From Erysipelotrichaceae bacterium (GTDB lineage Bacteria; Bacillota_I; Bacilli_A; Erysipelotrichales; Erysipelotrichaceae), in assembly GCA_963676105.1 (NCBI GenBank), contig OY781039.1, forward strand, positions 1,710,001-1,742,000: a stretch of 32,000 bases of DNA. Direction: 5' to 3'. Position numbers and translations under genes: made by a program. The notes below the pieces were generated by a model. That model did no database searches, was not told where the DNA came from, and was given only the letters and a program-made list of their open reading frames with translations. Position 1 is the stretch's first letter; the number at the start of each line of letters is the position of its first letter. Below, in pieces: positions 25,653 through 32,000 of the stretch.

Positions 25653-27122
25653 ATGTATCTATTTAATCGTGCGTTTGCCTATGTAAGAAAACAAAAAGCG
25701 AAGACTGCTTTGCTTTTAGTTTTGTTCTTTATTATCGCAAACATTGTTTTAGCTGGTCTCTCAATTATGAGTGCAACAGCTACGGCAACAGAATTAACTC
25801 GTCAAGAGATTGGCGCAGATGTCGTTTATGCAACAAACTCATCTCAAATCAATATTGATTATCGTAATGGTTTATTAGATGAGAACACAGATCGTGACAC
25901 ATTGATTGGTTTACCAACAGTCGCGAATGCAGATTTATTACTCGGTTCTGAATATATTGAATCAGTAGATTATGTCACAAGCTATGAAGCATTTACAGAT
26001 GACACAATCACACCTTATATTTATGAAACAACTGAAACAACAGAAACTTCAACAGGAGGTGGGGCAAGCAAAGTGGTCCTAGGTTCCTATGAAGAGAGTG
26101 GTGATGTAAGTTTTAGAACATTCAGCACTTCAGAACCATCAGACTTCACAGATGAACTAGCTTCTTTAGTTGAAGGACGTTATGCATCTCAACAAGAAAT
26201 TGAACAAGGTGCATATGTTGTATTAATTAATACAGTCCTTGCAGATCTAAATGGTTTAAGAATTGGTGATACCTTAACACTAACTCCAACCATGGAAGGC
26301 TATAATACAGTCGCTGTTGATTATGAAGTTATTGGGATTTATGAATTATTAGAAGTTGAAGATGATCGTACAACGAGCTCATTAACCACTTCTCTATTAG
26401 GACAAAATAGACTCTATACACCATTTAATACTTTTGAATCTTTAGGTTATTCACAAGTAGAACTCGATGAAATTCTATTAGATAAAGCGGTTATCAAATT
26501 AGATGATCCAATGAACATTGAAGCCTATATGGCATCCATTGATGGATTAATCGATTTACAATATGGTTCAATTTCCGCAAATGATGCAGTTTATGAACAA
26601 TTAGCGGGTCCAATTGAATCACTTGGCGAACTTAGTTCTATCTTAGTTTGGATCGTTGTTATTGCTGGTGCATCTATTCTTTCATTAATCACAGCGCTAA
26701 CGATTAACCAACGTAAAAATGAAATTGGTATCTTACTCGCGATTGGTGAAAGTAAAATGAAGATTGTAAGTCAATTCGTAGTTGAAGTTGTCACAATCGC
26801 AATCATAGCCTTTACCTTATCGGTATTCTCAGGGCTAAGAATTGGTTCAACAATTACTGAACAAACTCTCGCCTCATTTGAGAGTGATACAGAAACCACT
26901 GAAGTTGTATCAAGTGGTGGCGGCGGCGGTGGTGGCCGTAATAGTACATCCACTGTCAGTGCAGAAGATATTGAACCAGTTGAAGTAGATGTTACATTCA
27001 GTGCCATTGTACTTGTAGAGTTCTTTGCGGCAGGTATCTTATTATCAATTATTTCAGTCGCAATCCCTGCACTTTATGTCACACGTTTTAACCCTAAACA
27101 AATATTAACGAATAACGGATAA
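25653..27122 (+). CDS. ABC transporter permease, FtsX/MacB type (4 TM with a large extracytoplasmic domain)
   Basis: TM1 (TALLLVLFFIIANIVLAGLSIM) is followed by an extracytoplasmic domain of roughly 280 aa and then an FtsX-like 3-TM bundle (ILVWIVVIAG..., EIGILLAIGESKMKIVSQFVVE..., FFAAGILLSIISVAIPALYVTRFNPKQIL). An unusual acidic/Gly7 insert lies between the last two TMs. GGGAGG ribosome binding site. Confidence 0.88.
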   Translation: MYLFNRAFAYVRKQKAKTALLLVLFFIIANIVLAGLSIMSATATATELTRQEIGADVVYATNSSQINIDYRNGLLDENTDRDTLIGLPTVANADLLLGSEYIESVDYVTSYEAFTDDTITPYIYETTETTETSTGGGASKVVLGSYEESGDVSFRTFSTSEPSDFTDELASLVEGRYASQQEIEQGAYVVLINTVLADLNGLRIGDTLTLTPTMEGYNTVAVDYEVIGIYELLEVEDDRTTSSLTTSLLGQNRLYTPFNTFESLGYSQVELDEILLDKAVIKLDDPMNIEAYMASIDGLIDLQYGSISANDAVYEQLAGPIESLGELSSILVWIVVIAGASILSLITALTINQRKNEIGILLAIGESKMKIVSQFVVEVVTIAIIAFTLSVFSGLRIGSTITEQTLASFESDTETTEVVSSGGGGGGGRNSTSTVSAEDIEPVEVDVTFSAIVLVEFFAAGILLSIISVAIPALYVTRFNPKQILTNNG

Positions 27123-27134
27123 GGAGCCAGAAAT

Positions 27135-27821
27135 ATGTCAATCTTAAAATTAAACAATATTACTTATGGTTACATTGATGGTAACCGTAAACGTACAATC
27201 TTAGATGATTTATCTTATACATTTGAAAAAGGTAAATTCTATAGTATCTTAGGTCCATCAGGATCTGGGAAAACCACCTTATTATCTTTAATGGGTGCCT
27301 TAGAAAAAACTCAAGGTGGAAGCATTGAATTTGAAGGTAAGAAGTTAGAAGATATTGGACTAACCAAATATCGCCGTAATAATCAAGCGATTGTTTTCCA
27401 ACAATTTAACTTAATTCCTTACATGACAGCTCTACAAAATGTTGAGAATGTCATGCATATTACAGAAAACGAACTACCAAAAGATAAAACAAAAACAGCT
27501 TTAAATCTTCTTAATACATTTGGAATTGTTGAGTCTAAAGCTAAACGTTCAATCAATCAATTGTCTGGTGGTGAACAACAACGTGTTGCGATCGCACGAG
27601 CACTCGCAACAGGTGTTGGTTTAATCTTAGCGGATGAACCAACAGGTAACTTAGATACAGCGACTCAACAAGAGATTGTTGATATCTTTAGAAATTTGGC
27701 AACAGAGTATGAAGTGTGTGTTATTGTCGTTACCCACTCAGATGAAGTTGCGAAAATGAGTGATGTCCAATTACGTCTTAAAGACGGTAAGTTACATGAC
27801 ATTACGGGGACGTTCAAATGA
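27135..27821 (+). CDS. ABC transporter ATP-binding protein (MacB/LolD-like)
   Basis: Walker [11 protein letters not shown]-loop, signature [15 protein letters not shown], Walker [13 protein letters not shown] and the H-loop VTHS. Confidence 0.95.
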   Translation: MSILKLNNITYGYIDGNRKRTILDDLSYTFEKGKFYSILGPSGSGKTTLLSLMGALEKTQGGSIEFEGKKLEDIGLTKYRRNNQAIVFQQFNLIPYMTALQNVENVMHITENELPKDKTKTALNLLNTFGIVESKAKRSINQLSGGEQQRVAIARALATGVGLILADEPTGNLDTATQQEIVDIFRNLATEYEVCVIVVTHSDEVAKMSDVQLRLKDGKLHDITGTFK

Positions 27822-29245
27822 GTAAGTTTCTAGATTCAATTAACGACAAAGAAGAAGTTAAAAACGAAAGTTTTCAAAAAGAACAATTCCAAGAAATTAA
27901 ACCGGATCGTACCAAGTACTATATAATAGCCGCTATTGCGGCTGTTGTACTTATCGCTTCATACTTCCTTTTAAATCAAAAGATTGAAGTCACCAATATG
28001 GTGGGATGGAATGTTAGTGATGCACGTACTTGGGCAAGTACCAATGATTTAAATATCGTAGTACACGAGATCTATGATGATAGTGATGTGGGAGAAGTTG
28101 TTTCTCAAAACATCTTAGAAGGTGAAAGTGTCAGCGCAAATTCAAGTATTGAACTTGAAGTATCTTTAGGTTTTGATCCAGAAGAAGTGATTGTACTTCC
28201 TACGTTCGATGAAACATGGACTAAGACAAAAGTAATTACTTGGTTAGATGAGAATGGTATTACAAACTTCACATTTATTAATGTAGAAGATGAAACAAAA
28301 ACAAGCGGAACCGTTATTGGTTTTGATACACCTGAAACAGTATCTGATTATACACGTGAGCAAGCGATTGAATTTGAAGTTACCATCTTACCAGCTGAAG
28401 TTGAAATTGTAGTAGCTGACTTCTTAAACTACACAGTAGCGCAAATTGATGCTTGGGCTGCAGATAATGATGTAAAAGTCTATTATGCAGAAGGCTATAG
28501 CGATACGACGGCTACTGGTAAAGTTTTAACCCAATCCATTGATGATGGTGAAATTATGAACCCAGGTGATTCTATCACTGTTACTCTATCAATTGGACCA
28601 GCTATAAAAATGGTTAACTTTACAAACTATGATTCTACAGCTGCGACAAATTGGGCAAAAGATAATGGTATCGATATTACCATTATTAATGAATACCATG
28701 AAGATACCCCTGAAGATGTCGCCATCTGGCAATCTATTCCATGGGATACAGTTGTAGCTCAAGGGACTGATCTAACGATGTATTATTCTTTAGGTGATGA
28801 AGTCACCATTGGTTCATATGTTAATGGGTCAATCACAACTTTAGAATCATTTATTGAAGCGCAAAATGATATGAAAGCTGGATTAAGTTTGAATATCTCT
28901 TATAGTTACTCAGGGACTGTTGCAGAAAATAAAATTATTTCACAATCAGTTCGTGATGATCAAGTTCATATTGGTTCTACCATTGATGTTATCGTGTCAC
29001 TAGGTGATTTGGTAACAGTGCCAGATTTCACAGTCCTTACGTATGTAACGGATGGAGGTGGAGAAAAATCTGCTATCGGAACATATGATGAAATTACAAG
29101 TGAATGCGGCAGCACATTTGTATGTAAGATAGTGTTTGAAGATGGTGGAGAAACCTATGAAGCAGGTGATGTGATTTCGCAATCTCAAACTGCAGGAACA
29201 AACATTTCAGATTCAACAGTTATTGAAGTTAAAATTGCAGAATAA
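27818..29245 (+). CDS. Membrane-anchored extracytoplasmic protein with about six tandem PASTA-like repeats (no kinase or PBP domain)
   Basis: ATGA overlap with the ATPase gene. A single TM (YYIIAAIAAVVLIASYFLL) is followed by six units of roughly 65 aa. Each follows the pattern 'V.VP.f.g.t...a..w...ng......e..s....G.V..Q......v..gs.i.v..SlG', for example IEVTNMVGWNVSDARTWASTNDLNIVVHEIYDDSDVGEVVSQNILEGESVSANSSIELEVSLG. Confidence 0.7.
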   Translation: MSKFLDSINDKEEVKNESFQKEQFQEIKPDRTKYYIIAAIAAVVLIASYFLLNQKIEVTNMVGWNVSDARTWASTNDLNIVVHEIYDDSDVGEVVSQNILEGESVSANSSIELEVSLGFDPEEVIVLPTFDETWTKTKVITWLDENGITNFTFINVEDETKTSGTVIGFDTPETVSDYTREQAIEFEVTILPAEVEIVVADFLNYTVAQIDAWAADNDVKVYYAEGYSDTTATGKVLTQSIDDGEIMNPGDSITVTLSIGPAIKMVNFTNYDSTAATNWAKDNGIDITIINEYHEDTPEDVAIWQSIPWDTVVAQGTDLTMYYSLGDEVTIGSYVNGSITTLESFIEAQNDMKAGLSLNISYSYSGTVAENKIISQSVRDDQVHIGSTIDVIVSLGDLVTVPDFTVLTYVTDGGGEKSAIGTYDEITSECGSTFVCKIVFEDGGETYEAGDVISQSQTAGTNISDSTVIEVKIAE

Positions 29246-29253
29246 AATTCTAA

Positions 29254-29288
29254 AACCTTTATAGAAATCTATAAGGGTTTTTTCTTTT
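29254..29288 (+). terminator. Rho-independent terminator after the ABC-PASTA operon
   Basis: CCTTTATAG-AAAT-CTATAAGGG hairpin (one G-T pair) followed by TTTTTTC. Confidence 0.7.
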
Positions 29289-29368
29289 GTTTCTGTTTTG
29301 TGATAGAAATGTAACATTTGAAGCGTATTCTAAGCACTGTAGAAATACGTATGTTAGGAGAACACATT

Positions 29369-30052
29369 ATGAAATTAAAATTTGGAAGTATATTATTATT
29401 GATTGCACTCTTAGGGCTAAGTGCCTGTTCAAGTGAAACAGAAGAAGTCGCAAGTGATGATGAAAGCACAGTAGTAGAATCAGGTGGTGAAGATTCTGTG
29501 CCAAGTGATGAAACAACTGAGGAAGACCATGTTGCTGATCCTCAAGATGGTACAGGTGGTCAAGGGAATAAAGGTGGTAATAGTGCAGTAGAAATAGACT
29601 GGTCACTAGTTCCAGAACAAACCGTTTTCTTTGATGATGAGTACACAATTGGTGAAATGTTAGAATATGCCATTCAAGATGAATTTGCAGCCCGCCATGA
29701 GTATGAATTAATCATTTCTGAGTATGGTGAAATCTCACCGTTTGTATCTATTATGGCAGCTGAAGAAAGCCATATCGCAAGTTTAGAAACTGTCTATAAC
29801 AACAATGGCTATGTGATTCCACAAGATGAATCAGATACAAGAGTTGTATTACCAGCCAGTGTAACTGAAGCCTTAGAAACAGGTGTACAAGCAGAAGTGA
29901 ATAACATTGCCTTATATGAAGCCTTCTTAGAAACAGAAGATTTACCAGATGATATCCGTTCTGTATTTGAAATGTTGAAGGCTGGATCAGAAAGTCATCT
30001 TGAATCTTTCTTACAAGCACTACAAAGACAATCAACTGAAACAACCGAGTAA
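29369..30052 (+). CDS. Lipoprotein with a ferritin-like DUF2202 domain and an acidic low-complexity linker
   Basis: Lipobox MKLKFGSILLLIALLGLSA|C. The ATG at 29369 follows TAGGAG. The C-terminal AIQDEFAARHEYELII...AEESHIASLE...GVQAEVNNIALYE...GSESHLESF shows the paired E..H motifs of a ferritin-like four-helix bundle. Confidence 0.75.
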   Translation: MKLKFGSILLLIALLGLSACSSETEEVASDDESTVVESGGEDSVPSDETTEEDHVADPQDGTGGQGNKGGNSAVEIDWSLVPEQTVFFDDEYTIGEMLEYAIQDEFAARHEYELIISEYGEISPFVSIMAAEESHIASLETVYNNNGYVIPQDESDTRVVLPASVTEALETGVQAEVNNIALYEAFLETEDLPDDIRSVFEMLKAGSESHLESFLQALQRQSTETTE

Positions 30053-30070
30053 AATCGGTTTTTCATTTTA
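30043..30070 (+). terminator. Possible weak terminator after the DUF2202 gene
   Basis: AACCGA-GTAAAA-TCGGTT followed by TTTCATTTT. The stem is only 6 bp. Confidence 0.4.
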
Positions 30071-30083
30071 TTAATCATTCCTA

Positions 30084-30133
30084 TTGACAGATTAAAGAAT
30101 TGTAATTATTATAATATTATAATCATTACAATT
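30084..30133 (+). promoter_or_regulatory. Promoter (-35 TTGACA) overlapped by a 36-bp palindrome containing two Per/Fur-type 7-1-7 boxes
   Basis: TTGACA at 30084-30089. The palindrome at 30098-30133, AATTGTAATTATTATAATATTATAATCATTACAATT, differs from its reverse complement at one symmetric pair of positions. Box 1 TTGTAATTATTATAA (30100-30114) and box 2 TTATAATCATTACAA (30117-30131) each match the B. subtilis PerR-box consensus TTATAATNATTATAA at 13 of 14 specified positions. TATAAT hexamers lie inside the palindrome. Confidence 0.7.
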
Positions 30134-30149
30134 ATATGAAAGGAACAAA

Positions 30150-30548
30150 ATGAACTTTAAAGAAATTCTAATGAAACATGACATTCAACCATCAAACTAT
30201 CGAATTAAGGTTTTAGAATGTTTAAGTCATTATGAAGAACATCCAACAGCGGAAGAGCTCTATCAAAGTTTATCAGATGTTTTTCCAACGATATCAAAGA
30301 TGAGTGTCTATAACACAATCGAAGTTTTACTTAATGCTGGTCTAATTAAACGGATAACCATTGAAAACAATGAAGTACGTTATGACAGTATGTTAGAAAA
30401 CCATGGTCACTTTAAATGTGAATCCTGTGGAAAAGTATTTAACTTCGACATTGATATGGATCACTTACCATTTAAGGGTTTAGAGAACTTTGAGATTGAT
30501 AGTAAGGATGTGTACTTTAAAGGTATTTGTCCAGATTGTAATCATTAA
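30150..30548 (+). CDS. Fur-family metalloregulator, PerR-like
   Basis: Winged HTH (YRIKVLECLSH..HPTAEELYQSL...SKMSVYNTIEVL), the regulatory-site HGH, and the structural Zn site CESC...CPDC. The PerR call, rather than Fur or Zur, rests on the Per-box-like operator and the downstream dps. Confidence 0.8.
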   Translation: MNFKEILMKHDIQPSNYRIKVLECLSHYEEHPTAEELYQSLSDVFPTISKMSVYNTIEVLLNAGLIKRITIENNEVRYDSMLENHGHFKCESCGKVFNFDIDMDHLPFKGLENFEIDSKDVYFKGICPDCNH

Positions 30549-30583
30549 TTTAAATTTAAAGCGCAGTTTGAAAGGAGTACAGT

Positions 30584-31021
30584 ATGTACAAAAAATTATG
30601 TAAGTATTTAGCAAACCTTAACGTTCTTAACGTTAAACTTCACAACATTCATTGGAATGTCGTAGGACCTCAATTCATGAGTGTTCACAACTTCACAGAA
30701 GAAGCTTATGACACCCTATTTGGCTATTATGATGATGTAGCTGAAATCCTAAAAATGAGAGGACATTATCCTCACGCATCTCTTGCGAAATATCTTGAAG
30801 CGACAAGCATTAAAGAAATTGAATCAAAAGATATTTGTGTTGCAGACGCATTAAAATTGGTCAGTGATGACTTTGATGAAATGTTAGAATTAGCATTCAT
30901 TATCCGTCGTGAAGCAGATGAACAAGGTGATGTAACTTTAGTTTCGACCCTTGAGGATCAAATTGCTTATTACCAAAAAAATCTTTGGTTTATTAAATCA
31001 ATGTTAACTAAAAAAGCTTAG
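30584..31021 (+). CDS. dps: Dps (DNA-binding ferritin-like protein, mini-ferritin)
   Basis: LHNIHWNVVGPQFMSVHNFTEEAYDTLFGYYDDVAEIL carries the Dps ferroxidase-site residues (H..W..G..F...H...EE.Y and D..AE). Confidence 0.92.
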   Translation: MYKKLCKYLANLNVLNVKLHNIHWNVVGPQFMSVHNFTEEAYDTLFGYYDDVAEILKMRGHYPHASLAKYLEATSIKEIESKDICVADALKLVSDDFDEMLELAFIIRREADEQGDVTLVSTLEDQIAYYQKNLWFIKSMLTKKA

Positions 31022-31027
31022 TTGAAT

Positions 31028-31055
31028 AAAGAGGTCAATAAATGACCTCTTTTAT
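31028..31055 (+). terminator. Rho-independent terminator after dps
   Basis: AAAGAGGTCA-ATAAA-TGACCTCTTT followed by TAT. Confidence 0.75.
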
Positions 31056-31056
31056 A

Positions 31057-31106
31057 TTGACTTCAGTGTTTAAAATGGTATATTAATTATGAACATATGT
31101 TCATAA
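31057..31106 (+). promoter_or_regulatory. Candidate extended -10 promoter followed by a perfect 20-bp palindromic operator
   Basis: TTGACT (31057-31062), a 16-nt spacer containing TGn, then TATATT (31079-31084). The perfect palindrome TTATGAACATATGTTCATAA (31087-31106) ends at the AAGGAG ribosome binding site of the downstream gene. Confidence 0.55.
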
Positions 31107-31115
31107 AGGAGAAGC

Positions 31116-31880
31116 ATGGGTCGACCACATAAAAAAAGATGTGTTAGTCATCGTCCACGATGCAATCAATTTACACCGCTATGTGCGCCTGATGAAGATG
31201 TCACATTGACTTTGGATGAGTTTGAAACCATTCAATGGATTGATGTAGAAGGATTGAGTCAAGAGAACTGTGCAAACGTTATGAACGTATCAAGAACTAC
31301 GGTACAAAGAGCTTATGCGAGTGCGCGTGAAAAAATTGGTTATGCGTTAGTTAATGGAGCAGCAATCAATATTGAAGGTGGACCAATTGAAATGGTTAAA
31401 CCTTCAGTAATTAATAAACATTTAAATGATAGAGGAGAATTACATTTGAAACTTGCGATTGGAATAATGAACAACAAAGTGTCTATGCATTTTGGACCAT
31501 GTAATGACTTTAGAATTATTACGATAGAAGACGGACAAGCTGTTAAATCAGAAGATATCCATGATGAAGTTCATGTTCATCAAGAACGTCCACAATTCTT
31601 GAAAAACCTAGGGATAGATGTATTGATTTTAGGTGGCATCGGGAAAGCTGCTTATAATCGTTTACTAGCATTAGATATTGAATGTATTGATGGGGCTGGG
31701 AAAGACTTAGATGAAGCACTTGAAGCCTATTTAAATAAAACGCTTGATAAGCCATTATTTGGTCATGCAAGCAATGGTCATGGAATGGGAAATCATGGTG
31801 TAAATGGACATGAACATCATGATCACGACCACATACATATCCACCACGCCAATGGTGGTAAGGGTAACAATAAAGCGTAG
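31116..31880 (+). CDS. Fusion protein: DUF134 (UPF0251, predicted sigma-70 region-4-like DNA-binding) plus a NifX/NifB-type Nitro_FeMo-Co domain plus a His-rich C-terminal tail
   Basis: The N-terminus MGRPHKKRCVSHRPRCNQFTPLC...LTLDEFETIQWIDVEGLSQENCANVMNVSRTTVQRAYASAREKI is the DUF134 pattern with an HTH. The middle KLAIGIMNNKVSMHFGPCNDFRII...FLKNLGIDVLILGGIGKAAYNRLLALDIE is the NifX-like fold pattern. The tail reads GHASNGHGMGNHGVNGHEHHDHDHIHIHH. Confidence 0.75.
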   Translation: MGRPHKKRCVSHRPRCNQFTPLCAPDEDVTLTLDEFETIQWIDVEGLSQENCANVMNVSRTTVQRAYASAREKIGYALVNGAAINIEGGPIEMVKPSVINKHLNDRGELHLKLAIGIMNNKVSMHFGPCNDFRIITIEDGQAVKSEDIHDEVHVHQERPQFLKNLGIDVLILGGIGKAAYNRLLALDIECIDGAGKDLDEALEAYLNKTLDKPLFGHASNGHGMGNHGVNGHEHHDHDHIHIHHANGGKGNNKA

Positions 31881-31951
31881 ATTTCTTCTTGCAACAACCA
31901 AAACGACTCTTTATCGTTATCCTTGCATATTTTGGCTTAAACATATATCTT

Positions 31952-31979
31952 AAAAAAGGTTTAATATAACCTTTTTTTA
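31952..31979 (+). terminator. Rho-independent terminator
   Basis: AAAGGTT-(loop)-AACCTTT followed by a T-run (31972-31978), about 70 nt after the stop at 31880. Confidence 0.65.
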
Positions 31980-32000
31980 TGCAAGGAGAAAAAATATATG

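Noticed and set aside
26771-27007. 78-aa antisense ORF with a poly-Pro run
   Set aside because: The Pro run is simply the complement of the (GGY)7 Gly tract in the permease gene.
29000-30044. Minus-strand ORFs 29000-29188, 29269-29469, 29367-29648 and 29751-30044
   Set aside because: They are antisense to the PASTA and DUF2202 genes or span a terminator. Their Leu/His-rich translations are typical of the complement of acidic coding sequence.
31543-31944. 133-aa minus-strand ORF with a His-rich stretch
   Set aside because: It is antisense to the DUF134-NifX-His gene, and its His/Asp richness mirrors the repetitive His-tail codons on the plus strand. It has no ribosome binding site and would run into the downstream intergenic region.
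31983-32000. AAGGAG followed by an ATG at 31998, probably the start of the next gene
   Set aside because: Only the start codon lies inside the window, so nothing can be called.
1-32000. Search for CRISPR arrays, tRNA/rRNA genes, c-di-GMP or other riboswitches, toxin-antitoxin pairs, and phage or defence islands
   Set aside because: I saw no regularly spaced direct repeats, no cloverleaf-like GC-rich segments and no conserved riboswitch cores (for example GEMM-type) in the intergenic regions. No small paired ORFs resembled toxin-antitoxin modules. All long intergenic gaps are accounted for by promoters, operators and terminators.

Overview
This is an AT-rich, densely coding chromosomal segment that looks Firmicutes/Bacillota-like. 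It uses the standard genetic code (TGA is used as a stop) and has AGGAGG-type ribosome binding sites and lipoprotein lipoboxes. All family calls come from reading motifs by eye; no BLAST or HMM search was run.

Contents from left to right:
1. A minus-strand type IV pilus (T4P) operon. It holds two prepilin-like genes, a 523-aa PilX_N/GspK-like giant minor pilin, the PilC platform protein and a partial PilM at the window edge. One prepilin gene is cleanly split by an intact IS3-family element with inverted repeats and a 3-bp target duplication.
2. A polytopic membrane protein.
3. A plus-strand sensory operon. Two paralogous LivJ/K-type lipoprotein binding proteins, with no ABC transporter nearby, are followed by a sensor kinase whose start overlaps the second binding-protein gene. 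After the kinase come a single-domain receiver, a receiver fused to a degenerate GGDEF-like domain, a PAS-like protein and an HD-GYP phosphodiesterase.
4. A dtxR-feoA-feoB operon ending in a gene for a Cys-rich FeoB-associated peptide.
5. A histidine phosphatase.
6. A 1572-aa c-di-GMP mosaic protein: PASx3, degenerate GGDEF, EAL, hemerythrin, GAF, PASx2, then an active GGDEF with an I-site.
7. An MFS transporter, a glutathione peroxidase and an ArsC/low-molecular-weight (LMW) phosphatase.
8. A terminator-bounded trio: a MacB/FtsX-type permease, an ABC ATPase and a membrane-anchored protein with six PASTA-like repeats.
9. A DUF2202 ferritin-like lipoprotein, a PerR-like Fur regulator with Dps behind a double Per-box palindrome, and a DUF134 / NifX-like / His-rich-tail fusion behind a perfect 20-bp palindrome.

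No rRNA, tRNA, CRISPR array or riboswitch was recognised.

The best candidates for an undescribed system are the binding-protein-dependent kinase to c-di-GMP module (7151-14800) and the ABC-PASTA trio (25653-29245). The DUF134-NifX-His regulator and the hemerythrin-containing giant GGDEF/EAL protein rank next.
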